Positions 1 through 9,183 of a stretch of 64,000 nt of DNA are shown piece after piece (the first letter of the stretch is position 1; every line of letters starts with the position of its first letter). The position numbers were made by a program, and so were the translations under genes. The DNA is from an uncultured Alphaproteobacteria bacterium (lineage in GTDB: Bacteria > Pseudomonadota > Alphaproteobacteria > Rs-D84): contig CANSHD010000002.1 in the NCBI GenBank assembly GCA_947646585.1, positions 136,997 to 200,996 of the forward strand, read 5' to 3'. The notes beneath the pieces were generated by a model. It searched no databases and was not told the origin of the DNA. It saw nothing but the letters and a program-made list of their open reading frames with translations.

Positions 1-1077
1 CGTTGTGCCGTATCCGACGCGCTCGCCGGCCGATACGACGCGGCCCGGTGCCACGGCCATTAACTCTGTTCCGATTTTGCCTGCAAAGTCAATGCCGCGG
101 TGACGTTTCTGCTTGCCGTCAAAAGGGTCTTTGCGCATGCCGTAATTTGATGTTATGCGCATCTGGGCCACAGGCGCCCCAAGTGGCAGTATCGTGCGCA
201 GGCGCGCCAGACCACTCCATAATTCCAAATCATCAGCCAGTTTCTGGTATTTCGGGTCAAGCGTTTTGTCTATCTCCAGCGGGCTAAACGCGGCGCCGAC
301 CAGCGGGTTTGTGTATCTGTTGGCCGCGGTTACCAATGCGCGCTCGCTAAGTCCCAGTGATGCAATCGTGCCGTTGATTTTCTTTAAATCCTTGCGCAGT
401 TCGTCCGTCTTGTCGGCGGCAAGTGTGCTGACCGTATCGACTATTTCCGTGTCGGCGGCGACAATCGCCTGCATGGATTCAACAATTGCGATATTGCGCT
501 TTTTTAATTCCTCGTTCTCGGCGCGTGTCAATTCGTATTCCGCGGACAGCTCAGACAGTTTTACGTATTCCGGCGTGTATTCGTCGTCGGTAAATATTTC
601 AGATACGCGCGTGCGCAGAAAATCCAGCTCGCCCCACGTTTTTAAGCGCGCGTTCATCAGGTTTTCTTTTTCCGCATCGGTTAGTTTTTTCGCGTTTAAA
701 ATCTTGTCGTCGGTGACGTTTAGGTTGCGTGTCAATTCGTTGAATTTTTCCAGATACACGCGCAGGTCCGTCATCTGGCGCGTGTGTTGGGCGCGGGCCT
801 GTTCCAGTTGCTGGGTGCGTTTCTGCAACAGCGGTCTGTGATACACGAAAACATATGTCGACCACGATGCCCATATAACCAGTCCGACCTTGCCGCAGAA
901 TTTTGTGAAACGCCAAAAGCTGCTCTGTTTAAATGTGTAAACGTTGCCGCGTGGCGTGTCCATTACGGTAAATTCACGCGGCGGGAATATGCGCACTATG
1001 ACGCGCCAAATTGCGCGGAACGGCGACGTTATCAGCGCCCACAGTGATGTAAAATGTCTTGTTATAAAGTTTATCAT
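1..1077 (-). CDS. M23 family peptidoglycan metalloendopeptidase, EnvC/NlpD-like. An N-terminal TM segment and coiled coil precede the LytM domain. The C-terminus runs off the window start.
   Basis: Hand translation of the minus strand from ATG at 1077 is open to position 1. The C-terminal sequence ...NYGMRKDPFDGKQKRHRGIDFAGKIGTELMAVAPGRVVSAGERVGYG matches the M23 (LytM) signature. The ORF is not in the supplied track because it lacks an in-window stop. The antisense plus-strand ORF 155..841 is low-complexity. Confidence 0.8.
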   Translation of the reverse strand, partial: MINFITRHFTSLWALITSPFRAIWRVIVRIFPPREFTVMDTPRGNVYTFKQSSFWRFTKFCGKVGLVIWASWSTYVFVYHRPLLQKRTQQLEQARAQHTRQMTDLRVYLEKFNELTRNLNVTDDKILNAKKLTDAEKENLMNARLKTWGELDFLRTRVSEIFTDDEYTPEYVKLSELSAEYELTRAENEELKKRNIAIVESMQAIVAADTEIVDTVSTLAADKTDELRKDLKKINGTIASLGLSERALVTAANRYTNPLVGAAFSPLEIDKTLDPKYQKLADDLELWSGLARLRTILPLGAPVAQMRITSNYGMRKDPFDGKQKRHRGIDFAGKIGTELMAVAPGRVVSAGERVGYGTT

Positions 1078-1078
1078 G

Positions 1079-1795
1079 TCAGCTAAGTGTAGACAATGCC
1101 GCGGCAATAGTCAAGCCGTCGCGTAAAACGGCCTCTGTGTTCATTGACAGGCCCGCGTGAATCAGCGTCGGGCCGCGCGTGCCCAGGCGGCCGCGCAATA
1201 ATACCCGCTCTGCTGTTTTGCGGGCGCCGAACAGCGGCATTATTTCAATGTCGCCGCATTTTTCCGCCATTTGGGCGACAATTGTTGCGGCGGCGGCCGC
1301 ATCGACGACGATTACAAATGTGCCGCGCGGCTTTACGCGTGCCAAGCATTTGCGGGTCCACAGCCCCAAATCCGCATTATGATGCGCGTTATGTTTGGCC
1401 GGCGTGCCCTTGAAATACGGTGGATTTGTAATTACCAAATCAAAAGTGCGGTTTGTGCGCCATGTGGTGATGTCGGCCTTAATCAGTTCAATGGCGTGGC
1501 CGTTTAATTCGGCGTTGGCGCCGCATTCGGCCAGCATTTCCGGTGAAACATCCACCCCCGTGACGGCGGCGCCCGGGTTGTTCGCCATCAGGCATAACGC
1601 CGCCCCGCCCGTTCCGACGCCGGCATCCAGCACGGTTTGTGCGCGCGTGTCCGCCGCCATCGCCGCCAGCCATACCGCGTCGGATGTCGGGTTGTAATGG
1701 CCGCGCCAAAGTCGCACACGGCCGCCCATCAGGGTAAAAATATCTTGTTTTTGCGCCATAGGCATATATAATAATTCATCAAAATTAAAAGGCAA
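1079..1795 (-). CDS. SAM-dependent N6-adenine methyltransferase, TrmN6/YfiC-like. The true start is possibly near 1762.
   Basis: 238-aa ORF with SAM-binding motif I (LDAGVGTGGAAL) and the NPPY motif IV. The stop lies 1 bp from the peptidase start. Confidence 0.6.
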   Translation of the reverse strand: MPFNFDELLYMPMAQKQDIFTLMGGRVRLWRGHYNPTSDAVWLAAMAADTRAQTVLDAGVGTGGAALCLMANNPGAAVTGVDVSPEMLAECGANAELNGHAIELIKADITTWRTNRTFDLVITNPPYFKGTPAKHNAHHNADLGLWTRKCLARVKPRGTFVIVVDAAAAATIVAQMAEKCGDIEIMPLFGARKTAERVLLRGRLGTRGPTLIHAGLSMNTEAVLRDGLTIAAALSTLS

Positions 1796-1799
1796 GATT

Positions 1800-2810
1800 A
1801 TGTTTGATGAGACATTGGTCGTTCAAAGTGCGATAAGTGCGTTTAATAATGCGGCACTGGTGGCGCCCACATTTTTCTGGGTTGGGGTGCTGGCGCTGCC
1901 GCTGATGGCGCTGGCGTATTTTTATGGTGCCGATTTTATGCGCCGCATCGGTTGGCGCCGTCCTGATTTGATGCAGAACAGCTGTGTTCTGACGGTGGCG
2001 ATAACGCTGATATGGCTGATTTCATTCGGTGGAAATTACGACGTGCTGCGTGACGGGCGCTCGGTTTTGCCGTTTTGTATTGCGGGCGTGGTGTTTGTGT
2101 GCTGTGGCCTGCTGGGGGCGGCGTCGCGCACGGTTCCGTTGCCGCGGTGGCGCGGAACCACCTTGCGGCATCGCGCGGTTGTTGTGGCGGCGACGGCGGC
2201 GCTGGCGTTTTTTGTCGGGCTTTCCGGCGTGCATACCTGGTGGGGTGCGGCGTTGCAGATTGCGGTGTTTGGCGGCGGACTGGCGCTGGGGCGCACTATG
2301 CCGCGGTATGCGCGGACGGCAATTATATGCCCGGTTGTGATTTTGGGCGTTACGACGCTGATTCTGATGCAGCCGGAATTTTTCCGTTTCGGCCAGCTGG
2401 GGGCGCTGGGGGCGCTGCATATGCTGGCGCTGCTGGCGGTTGGTGGCGCGATTGCGGCGGCATTGGCGGTGCGTTATGTGCGCCCGGCCGGCCGCATTCA
2501 TCACAGTGCGTACGTAAAGCTGAAATGGATGCTGCGCTTTGTGTCAATGCTGGCGATTGTGCTGTTTCTGCTGACCGAGTCCGTGCCGGTGTTCCTGGGG
2601 GCGATTGGGGGGGTATTTGCAATGTTTGCCATGTCCGTGTGGCATGCGAACGCGGTGCCTAAAAATCTGGACGTGCATTTCTGGGCGATTGTCCTGGGGG
2701 CATTCGGGCTGATTACCACACTGCCGGTGATAAGTGCGCTGGGCGTCATGTTGTGGGCGGATACGGATGCGGACAGCGGCAAATTTGCCGACGCAAAGTT
2801 CTTGTTATAA
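1800..2810 (+). CDS. Polytopic inner-membrane protein, function unknown
   Basis: 336-aa ORF that is highly hydrophobic with multiple predicted TM helices. No motif recognised. Confidence 0.5.
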   Translation: MFDETLVVQSAISAFNNAALVAPTFFWVGVLALPLMALAYFYGADFMRRIGWRRPDLMQNSCVLTVAITLIWLISFGGNYDVLRDGRSVLPFCIAGVVFVCCGLLGAASRTVPLPRWRGTTLRHRAVVVAATAALAFFVGLSGVHTWWGAALQIAVFGGGLALGRTMPRYARTAIICPVVILGVTTLILMQPEFFRFGQLGALGALHMLALLAVGGAIAAALAVRYVRPAGRIHHSAYVKLKWMLRFVSMLAIVLFLLTESVPVFLGAIGGVFAMFAMSVWHANAVPKNLDVHFWAIVLGAFGLITTLPVISALGVMLWADTDADSGKFADAKFLL

Positions 2811-2895
2811 TTCGTTATATTTATTTAATACCAATCAAACGGCGTATGGTGTATTATTCCCAGCGAAATGATTATTAAATAAAGCGAGTAATCTT

Positions 2896-3696
2896 ATGAG
2901 CGTACATCCGACAGCCATTATTCACGAAGGCGCCGTTCTGGGCGCCGATTGTAAAATTGGCCCAAACTGCATTATCGGTCCGAATGTCGTCTTGGGCGAC
3001 CGTGTGGAGCTGATTTCCAACGTCATAATCGACGGGCATACGACAATCGGCGACGATTCCATCGTGTATCCGTTCGCCGTTCTGGGCGTAATGAGTCAGG
3101 ACTTAAAGTGGCAGGACGAGGCGGCGATGACCGGTCTGCGCATTGGAAAGCGCTGTCGTATTCGTGAATACGTGACCATTCATTCCGGCACGCCGGCGTC
3201 CGACGGAACGGTTATCGGCGACGACTGCCAGATTATGGTAAACGCCCATGTCGGTCACGACTGCAAAATCGGTAACAGTGTCGTCATGTCCAATCTGGTT
3301 CAGGTTGCGGGCCACGTTGAAATCGAAGATTTCGCAATATTGTCGGGCGGCGTAATGGTGCTGCAGTTTGCGCGCATCGGTCGCAATGCCTTTATCGGCG
3401 GCATGTCCGGTGTCGGAAACGATATCCTGCCGTATGCGATATATGACGGAAATCCGCGCGCGGTTTATCGCACGATTAACCGTGTCGGCCTGATGCGCCA
3501 CGGGTTTACCAACGAAGACATGCATGCGATTCACAATGTTTATTCGGCTGTTTTCCGCGACAGCGAGGGGACGGTGACGGAACGCCTGAACCGTGTTCGC
3601 AAGGAAGTTAAAAACAACAAATATGCCATGGACGCCATAGATTTTATTGAAAATCGTTCAAAGCGCGGAATCGGCACGTCTAAAAATGCAGAATAA
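2896..3696 (+). CDS. lpxA: UDP-N-acetylglucosamine O-acyltransferase
   Basis: 266 aa. The N-terminus MSVHPTAIIHEGAVLGADCKIGPNCIIGPNVVLGD and the hexapeptide repeats are typical of LpxA. Confidence 0.9.
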   Translation: MSVHPTAIIHEGAVLGADCKIGPNCIIGPNVVLGDRVELISNVIIDGHTTIGDDSIVYPFAVLGVMSQDLKWQDEAAMTGLRIGKRCRIREYVTIHSGTPASDGTVIGDDCQIMVNAHVGHDCKIGNSVVMSNLVQVAGHVEIEDFAILSGGVMVLQFARIGRNAFIGGMSGVGNDILPYAIYDGNPRAVYRTINRVGLMRHGFTNEDMHAIHNVYSAVFRDSEGTVTERLNRVRKEVKNNKYAMDAIDFIENRSKRGIGTSKNAE

Positions 3697-4831
3697 ATCC
3701 AAAATATTTATTATTGCCGGCGAAGTTTCGGGCGACGTTTTGGGCGCCCGAATAATGTCTGAAATGCCGGATGCGGAATTTTACGGCATCGGTGGCGAAA
3801 ATATGACGGCGGCGGGATTGCGGCCGTTGTTTGACATGTCCGATTTGTCCGTTATGGGCGTGATGGAGGTTTTGGCTCATGCGCGCACATTAACGCGCCG
3901 TATCCGCCAGACGGTTGATGAAATTGTCCGCGTGCGTCCGGATATCGTTTTGACGATTGATTCGCCCGGATTTGCGCGCAGTGTTATCAAGGGACTGCGC
4001 CGTTCTGCGGCGGGACGTGCACTGATAGACGGCGGATTGCGCTTTCATCATGTTGTCGCCCCCCAGGTTTGGGCTTGGCGCCCGGGGCGCGCGAAAAAGT
4101 ATGCCCGCACGTTTGACAAGCTGTACGCGTTTTTTGATTTCGAGGTGCCCTATTTCACCAAATTCGGCCTGGATACGGTTGCGGTCGGGCATCCGATTGC
4201 GGACGGGATAATCGGCAAATACGGCCGCGGGAAAAAGGCGGTGGATGACAAGATTATAACCCTTGTCCCCGGCAGCAGAATGTCCGAGGTTCGTCGCCTG
4301 ATGCCGCTGATGCGCGAGGTGGCCGGTATTATCGCGCGCTCGGGCTATCGCGGATACAGGTTTGCAATTCCGACGGTTGAAACCACGGCCGATTACGTCG
4401 CGGCCGAGACGGCCAAATGGGGCGTGCAGGTGGAACTGGTTCCGTCGGCGGACAGGTATGATTTGTATTCAAGAACATATATCGCAATCGCCGCCAGCGG
4501 CACCGTTTCGGCAGAGTTGGCTATGATGCATGTTCCGGCGATTATTGTTTACAAGATGAATCCTATAACGACATGGCTGGTCCGCCAGGTTATAAATGTC
4601 AAATGGGTGTCACTGGTTAACATTTTGCTGAAACGTGGCGTGTATCCCGAATTTTTGGGGCCTGCGGCGCGTTCGGATTGTGTTATGGAGGCCTTCGGCC
4701 AGTTAACGATACCGCGTGTGCGTGAAAAGATGATTGCGGATTTGAAATCAGCTGACAAATTATGGTGCCGCGGCGACGGCGGTGCGGCCGCGATGATTGC
4801 CGACGGTGTTCGCGGTGCGATTGGCAAATAA
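3686..4831 (+). CDS. lpxB: Lipid-A-disaccharide synthase
   Basis: The N-terminus MQNKSKIFIIAGEVSGDVLGA matches the LpxB IAGExSGD motif. ATG at 3686 overlaps the lpxA stop by 11 bp. The longer ORF-track start at 3647 is unlikely. Confidence 0.9.
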   Translation: MQNKSKIFIIAGEVSGDVLGARIMSEMPDAEFYGIGGENMTAAGLRPLFDMSDLSVMGVMEVLAHARTLTRRIRQTVDEIVRVRPDIVLTIDSPGFARSVIKGLRRSAAGRALIDGGLRFHHVVAPQVWAWRPGRAKKYARTFDKLYAFFDFEVPYFTKFGLDTVAVGHPIADGIIGKYGRGKKAVDDKIITLVPGSRMSEVRRLMPLMREVAGIIARSGYRGYRFAIPTVETTADYVAAETAKWGVQVELVPSADRYDLYSRTYIAIAASGTVSAELAMMHVPAIIVYKMNPITTWLVRQVINVKWVSLVNILLKRGVYPEFLGPAARSDCVMEAFGQLTIPRVREKMIADLKSADKLWCRGDGGAAAMIADGVRGAIGK

Positions 4832-4860
4832 GCAATAATGTTATTAAATTATTAAAAAGC

Positions 4861-4890
4861 AAAAACCCGCCGTTTTGGCGGATTTTTTAT
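4861..4890. terminator. Bidirectional intrinsic terminator between lpxB and the convergent large secreted gene
   Basis: aaaaacccgccgttttggcggatttttt: a GC hairpin flanked by an A-run and a T-run. Confidence 0.5.
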
Positions 4891-4922
4891 GCCGTATTGG
4901 TTCTCCGGGGTTCAGGCCGTTT

Positions 4923-7553
4923 TTAATCCATTCCGGCCGGCATATTTTTTAAACTGTCGCATTCGGATTTCTTTATGCAAAGGTTTTTGTCTTTGCCACG
5001 GAATGTTGGCGGAATTATACACCAGTTGTCAATCGGATGGTCTTTTTTCAAATCCGTGATATTCGGTTCTTCTTTTATTACACCATCTTCTTCTTTGCAG
5101 TACCCGTCTATTGCGTCGTCGCGTTCAACCGGAATTTCGGCAACGCATTTCGCGCTTTTGCCCCATTTGCTGCGCCGCCCCCCATTTTCCCAGCACAGGC
5201 ATGCACCCCATGACTGTGTTTGAACATTCAGTCCATAATCGCGCGGGCACATGTCTTCGCCGTCGCCGATTCTGAACAGGCTTTTTAAGTCTTTATAAAG
5301 CCCTTCTCCGAAATTAGATACGCAGAAATTGTCCTTGTCATACACATTCGGACGTATGAACTGGTATTCGACAAAACGGCCCTGCAGATTGCCGCACTGC
5401 GTTGTTAAGGTGTCGATTATCTGGTTATAGATTTCTGTTGCAACGCCGGTCGGACGCAGATAACGGTGCTTTATCGCATTGGGTTCCGGTTTTTTGTTAA
5501 TCTGCTGGGTTGATATCAGACCGTAAATATTTGTGGCGTCGGTCGCATTGTTGTTGGCAACCCATACCTGGCCGCTGTTGTCGTCTTTTGCCATCGTTGC
5601 CTTATATTTATCAAATCCGCCGAATGCTTGCTCTATTATTTTGGGGTCGCTGCAGGCGGGGATTGTGGTTAACTGTTTCGCGCATTCGGATTTGTATGCC
5701 GCGGTTTTCTGTGTAGTTGTTCCGTCTTTGTTTTCATATTCAACTGTCAAAGGGCCGTCTTCTGCGGTCGTGTCATACAGTGTGAACCAATCCGGCGCAC
5801 TGTTCTCGTCTGCGAACAGGCCGCTGTACGGATAGTAAAAGTTTTCATAGCGGCTGCCGCCGTACTTGTCAAAACACTGTTTTACAACGGCGCGGCACGC
5901 GGTCAAAGTATCCGTGTCGGTGCGCTTGTTGATATATTCCTTAACAATATCCTCGTCAAACATGTTGTTGCACGAATTCACATAATCCGTGCACAGTTTG
6001 TCGTTTAAGACGATACGGTGCGGCTGGACCAGTACGCTGGCGTCGCCGGTTAATTCTTTCATTGCGTCGGTAATCGATGTGTCGCCGTTCATATAGCATG
6101 CGGATACGAAATCAAAGCAGCCCTGGCGAATCTGGGCCACTTTTGCCTTTTGGGCATAGTATATGTCCAGCATGGCTTTGTCCAAGTATTCGGACCAGAC
6201 CGTGTCGGCCTGTTCGGTGCATTTGTCCAATGCGGGTTGCGCAAATTTTTTTACGCGTTTTTCAAAATTCTGAACAAAAATGCGGTTGCTGTAAACCTTG
6301 GTTAATTTTTGATCCGCAGCATCCACCCCGGACGGGAACGTCAGCAGCTTTTCCAGCTCGTAAAAATTGGCGACGCCCGCAATCGGCGCGCCCGTGCTGA
6401 TGTCTATGAATTCGCCGTTGTCCAGGCACTTGTGATATCCGGCGCCGCAAACCTCTTCGCTAAGAATTGCGTTCTCTACATTTGTCAGGCAGGACGAGAT
6501 ATCGTCCGAATTGTGTTTTTGCCGATTTTCAACACGCGCCAGGTCCAGCATCGCACTGCCCTCGCGGACGGCGGATTTCATCTGCTTTTGCTTTTCAGCT
6601 ATCGCTGTTTCCACCGTGTTGCAGTCCTGCTCTATCGCCATAAGATATGCGGTAATCGCACGCTGCAGCGATGCGTCGTTACAGTCCGCCTTGACCGCGT
6701 TCCGGCACTGGGGATATACGGCGGAATACAGGTTCTGGCCGTTGTATGCGGCGATGGCTTGGCCGGCGTCGGTCATGCCGAACGCGTTCGCCGTGTCAAA
6801 TGAAATGTTTATGCTGTTTAAATCGGAGTATTTGCCGCCGACCGTACTGTCCGTGCCGCGAATAGAGTTCATGATTGCCTGCAGCAGCGCCTTGGATGCG
6901 GACGTGTCCGACGTTAATGCGTTTTCCCCCTCCGATGCGGTTTTCATGGCGCCGGCCTGGGCGGCGGTCATGCCGACAACGTTCAGGTTTTCCGTGAACA
7001 CGGTCAGCTGTTCGCCCGCGTCCTGTAATATTTTGCGTGTTTCGGCCAAATCATATACGCGGTTGCTGCACGAACAGCGGCGATAGTCGTCGTTCTTTAG
7101 CGTACAGAACTGGTCCATGCAGGTAAAGTATGCGTTTTTGCACTGCTCGTATGCGGCGCCGGTGCGGGTCTCCGACATTGTTGTCGCCGTGGCGGCGGCG
7201 CGCGCGGTATTCGGCGCGGCGGCTGTGCGTGCGGATACCCTGGGGGCGGTTGAACTGCGCGGCGCGGTCGTGGCGGTGCGCGCGGCGGTCGGCGTTGCGG
7301 CTGTTCGGGCGGTGACGTTTTGGGCGGACGATTTGTTTGATGCCGTCACGCGCGATGCGGTTGTGCGACCCGGCAGTGCCGTCGTGCGTGCGGTTTGCGC
7401 TTTATCGGTTGTTGTCGCGCGCTGAACCGTGCCGGTTGTCTGGCGCACGGTGGCGTTTCCATCACGAACAGCACCCCGGGCCAGACCCGCGGATGCCAAG
7501 AGATATGTCGCAAAAATCAGAATTCTCTTCATCTCTGATAAAAATGTTAGCAA
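4923..7553 (-). CDS. Large secreted protein. Signal peptide, about 100-aa Thr/Ala/Arg/Ser low-complexity region, then a Cys-rich domain. Paralog of 54886..57279.
   Basis: 876 aa. N-terminal signal peptide. The motif AYEQCKNAYFTCMDQFCTLKNDDYRRCSCS is shared with the 797-aa paralog (GYAACREAYATCMDQFCAKANDTYRRCYCS). Many conserved Cys. No known domain recognised. Confidence 0.7.
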   Translation of the reverse strand: MLTFLSEMKRILIFATYLLASAGLARGAVRDGNATVRQTTGTVQRATTTDKAQTARTTALPGRTTASRVTASNKSSAQNVTARTAATPTAARTATTAPRSSTAPRVSARTAAAPNTARAAATATTMSETRTGAAYEQCKNAYFTCMDQFCTLKNDDYRRCSCSNRVYDLAETRKILQDAGEQLTVFTENLNVVGMTAAQAGAMKTASEGENALTSDTSASKALLQAIMNSIRGTDSTVGGKYSDLNSINISFDTANAFGMTDAGQAIAAYNGQNLYSAVYPQCRNAVKADCNDASLQRAITAYLMAIEQDCNTVETAIAEKQKQMKSAVREGSAMLDLARVENRQKHNSDDISSCLTNVENAILSEEVCGAGYHKCLDNGEFIDISTGAPIAGVANFYELEKLLTFPSGVDAADQKLTKVYSNRIFVQNFEKRVKKFAQPALDKCTEQADTVWSEYLDKAMLDIYYAQKAKVAQIRQGCFDFVSACYMNGDTSITDAMKELTGDASVLVQPHRIVLNDKLCTDYVNSCNNMFDEDIVKEYINKRTDTDTLTACRAVVKQCFDKYGGSRYENFYYPYSGLFADENSAPDWFTLYDTTAEDGPLTVEYENKDGTTTQKTAAYKSECAKQLTTIPACSDPKIIEQAFGGFDKYKATMAKDDNSGQVWVANNNATDATNIYGLISTQQINKKPEPNAIKHRYLRPTGVATEIYNQIIDTLTTQCGNLQGRFVEYQFIRPNVYDKDNFCVSNFGEGLYKDLKSLFRIGDGEDMCPRDYGLNVQTQSWGACLCWENGGRRSKWGKSAKCVAEIPVERDDAIDGYCKEEDGVIKEEPNITDLKKDHPIDNWCIIPPTFRGKDKNLCIKKSECDSLKNMPAGMD

Positions 7554-7656
7554 AAAAACGAAATTCAGGGCAAGCGAAATAATATATTGTCCGGCGCTCT
7601 ATTTTAAGATTTTGTTCCCGTGGCGGGCGCGCCGTTGCGGGCTTTATAATGGCGGC

Positions 7657-8268
7657 ATGAGAAAATCAAGACTAGAGGCTTTTAGTGACGGCCTGTTTGC
7701 CGTGGCGATAACCATAATGGTGCTGGCGCTGGCCGTGCCGCGTGACGTTTCTTTCGGGGCGCTGGGGCAGATGGTGCCGGTGTTTTTAAGTTATGTATTA
7801 AGTTATATCTACGTCGCGGTGTTTTGGATAAACCACCACCATCTGCTGGCGGCGACACGGCGCATAAACAGCGCGGTTTTGTGGGGGAATCTGCACTTTT
7901 TATTTTGGGTGTCATTGATTCCGTTTTTTACGGCGTGGGTTGATGAAAATCATGCTGCCCCGGTACCAGTTGCCGCATATGGCGTCGTTTTAATGATGTG
8001 TTTTGTGGCGTATCGCGTGCTGGAGATACTGTTGATTCGCGCCCATGATTCAAATTCCGTGATTGTGCGCGCACTGCGTCCCGGTCGACGTGAAAATCCG
8101 ACGATAATCGCGTTTGTTGTGGCGATACTGATGTCCGCCGTGCACCCGTTTTTATCACTGGCGGTGTATATTGTCATTGCGATTATATGGGTGCGACCGC
8201 ATCCGCGTCTGGAAAGACTGCTCGGATATGACGATATATGCGACGCATCGAAAGATGCAGAAAAATAA
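7657..8268 (+). CDS. DUF1211 / TMEM175-like putative K+ channel
   Basis: Starts MRKSRLEAFSDGLFAVAITIMVLAL, the RxxxFSDGxxAIxxT signature of DUF1211. Multi-TM. The ORF-track start at 7429 is an implausible N-extension. Confidence 0.75.
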   Translation: MRKSRLEAFSDGLFAVAITIMVLALAVPRDVSFGALGQMVPVFLSYVLSYIYVAVFWINHHHLLAATRRINSAVLWGNLHFLFWVSLIPFFTAWVDENHAAPVPVAAYGVVLMMCFVAYRVLEILLIRAHDSNSVIVRALRPGRRENPTIIAFVVAILMSAVHPFLSLAVYIVIAIIWVRPHPRLERLLGYDDICDASKDAEK

Positions 8269-8290
8269 TTTGCCAATATGAATTTTCTTG

Positions 8291-8319
8291 TTGCAAAACG
8301 AGCAAAGTTGATATAATAT
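8291..8319 (+). promoter_or_regulatory. Sigma70-like promoter for the tRNA cluster
   Basis: TTGCAA-N15/17-TATAAT (ttgcaaaacgagcaaagttgatataat), 12-15 nt upstream of tRNA-Leu. Confidence 0.5.
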
Positions 8320-8330
8320 GTTTCTCGCCT

Positions 8331-8417
8331 GCGGATATGGCGGAATTGGTAGACGCGCTAGTTTCAGGTACTAGTGGCAGCAATGCCTTGGAAGTTCGAG
8401 TCTTCTTATCCGCACCA
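8331..8417 (+). tRNA. tRNA-Leu (anticodon CAG)
   Basis: Cloverleaf folded by hand. Long variable arm (class II). Anticodon loop tt-CAG-gt. 3' CCA encoded. Confidence 0.9.
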
Positions 8418-8423
8418 CGTTTT

Positions 8424-8499
8424 GGGGTTGTAGCTCAGTTGATAGAGCGCTACGTTCGCATCGTAGAGGTCGTGGGTTTGAGTCCCATCAGCTCCACCA
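8424..8499 (+). tRNA. tRNA-Ala (anticodon CGC)
   Basis: Acceptor stem ggggttg/cagctcc with a G3:U70 pair. Anticodon loop ttCGCat. CCA encoded. Confidence 0.9.
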
Positions 8500-8511
8500 A
8501 AATTTAAAAAC

Positions 8512-8537
8512 AAGGCCACGAAAGTGGCTTTATGTTT
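8512..8537 (+). terminator. Hairpin with U-run inside the tRNA cluster, between tRNA-Ala and tRNA-Leu
   Basis: aaggccacgaaagtggctttatgttt. Confidence 0.4.
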
Positions 8538-8544
8538 ATCTGCC

Positions 8545-8631
8545 GGGGATATGGCGGAATGGTAGACGCTGAGGACTTAAAATCCTTTGGTTATTGCAAC
8601 CGTGTGGGTTCGAGTCCCACTATCCCCACCA
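8545..8631 (+). tRNA. tRNA-Leu (anticodon TAA)
   Basis: Acceptor ggggata/tatcccc. Anticodon loop ctTAAaa. Long variable arm. CCA encoded. Confidence 0.9.
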
Positions 8632-8640
8632 AGCGTTGAC

Positions 8641-8717
8641 GGATGTGTAGCTCAGCTGGTTAGAGCGCTTCGTTCACATCGAAGAGGTCGTTGGTTCGAG
8701 TCCAATCACATCCACCA
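8641..8717 (+). tRNA. tRNA-Val (anticodon CAC)
   Basis: Acceptor ggatgtg/cacatcc. Anticodon loop ttCACat. CCA encoded. Confidence 0.9.
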
Positions 8718-8723
8718 GAAATA

Positions 8724-8747
8724 ACCGCCCATAAAGGGCGGTTTTTC
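8724..8747 (+). terminator. Intrinsic terminator ending the tRNA operon
   Basis: accgcccataaagggcggttttt. Confidence 0.6.
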
Positions 8748-8800
8748 GTGTGCGGACACGTTTGTGGTGGGAAATAAGAAAACGCCCGAATGGGCGTTTT

Positions 8801-9118
8801 TTATCTTAAACCCTTTGCACGGCAACAGCTTGAGGCCGCAGTTTTCCAATCAGAGTACTGTTTTGACGGGTCGCGCAGGTCACGCCAGGCCTGCCATCCG
8901 CTGCATCTTTTGTTTGCGCCCGTGCCGGTGCATTTGGCATAGCGGCGCAGAGAACATGTCTGATTTGAAACTTTGCCCGTGTCGGTGGTGCATTTTACGA
9001 CAACGTTCTGGTTTTTTGCGTCGTTTTGCCCCAGTTCTTTGGACGACATTACCTGGTACGCATTTGCCGTGGTCAGTGCCGCGGCACAGATTAAAATTGC
9101 CGTTAATATTTTTTTCAT
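8801..9118 (-). CDS. Small secreted Cys-rich protein (105 aa)
   Basis: Signal peptide MKKILTAILICAAALTTANA and 8 Cys. A terminator hairpin (aaaacgcccgaatgggcgtttttt) lies just 3' of it. Confidence 0.5.
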   Translation of the reverse strand: MKKILTAILICAAALTTANAYQVMSSKELGQNDAKNQNVVVKCTTDTGKVSNQTCSLRRYAKCTGTGANKRCSGWQAWRDLRDPSKQYSDWKTAASSCCRAKGLR

Positions 9119-9183
9119 GGCGACGTCCTTCCTTTGTTACATACAAATTATAAGTAATTTTACTACAAAATACAACGGGTATT

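Noticed and set aside
155-841. 228-aa plus-strand ORF full of Ser/Leu/Ala runs
   Set aside because: Low complexity. It is antisense to a well-supported M23 peptidase gene whose frame stays open to the window edge.
2022-2504. Arg/Gln-rich 160-aa minus ORF and several other ORFs overlapping the 1800..2810 membrane gene
   Set aside because: Arg/Pro/Gln-rich compositions typical of antisense frames in GC-rich DNA. The sense-strand hydrophobic ORF is far more plausible.
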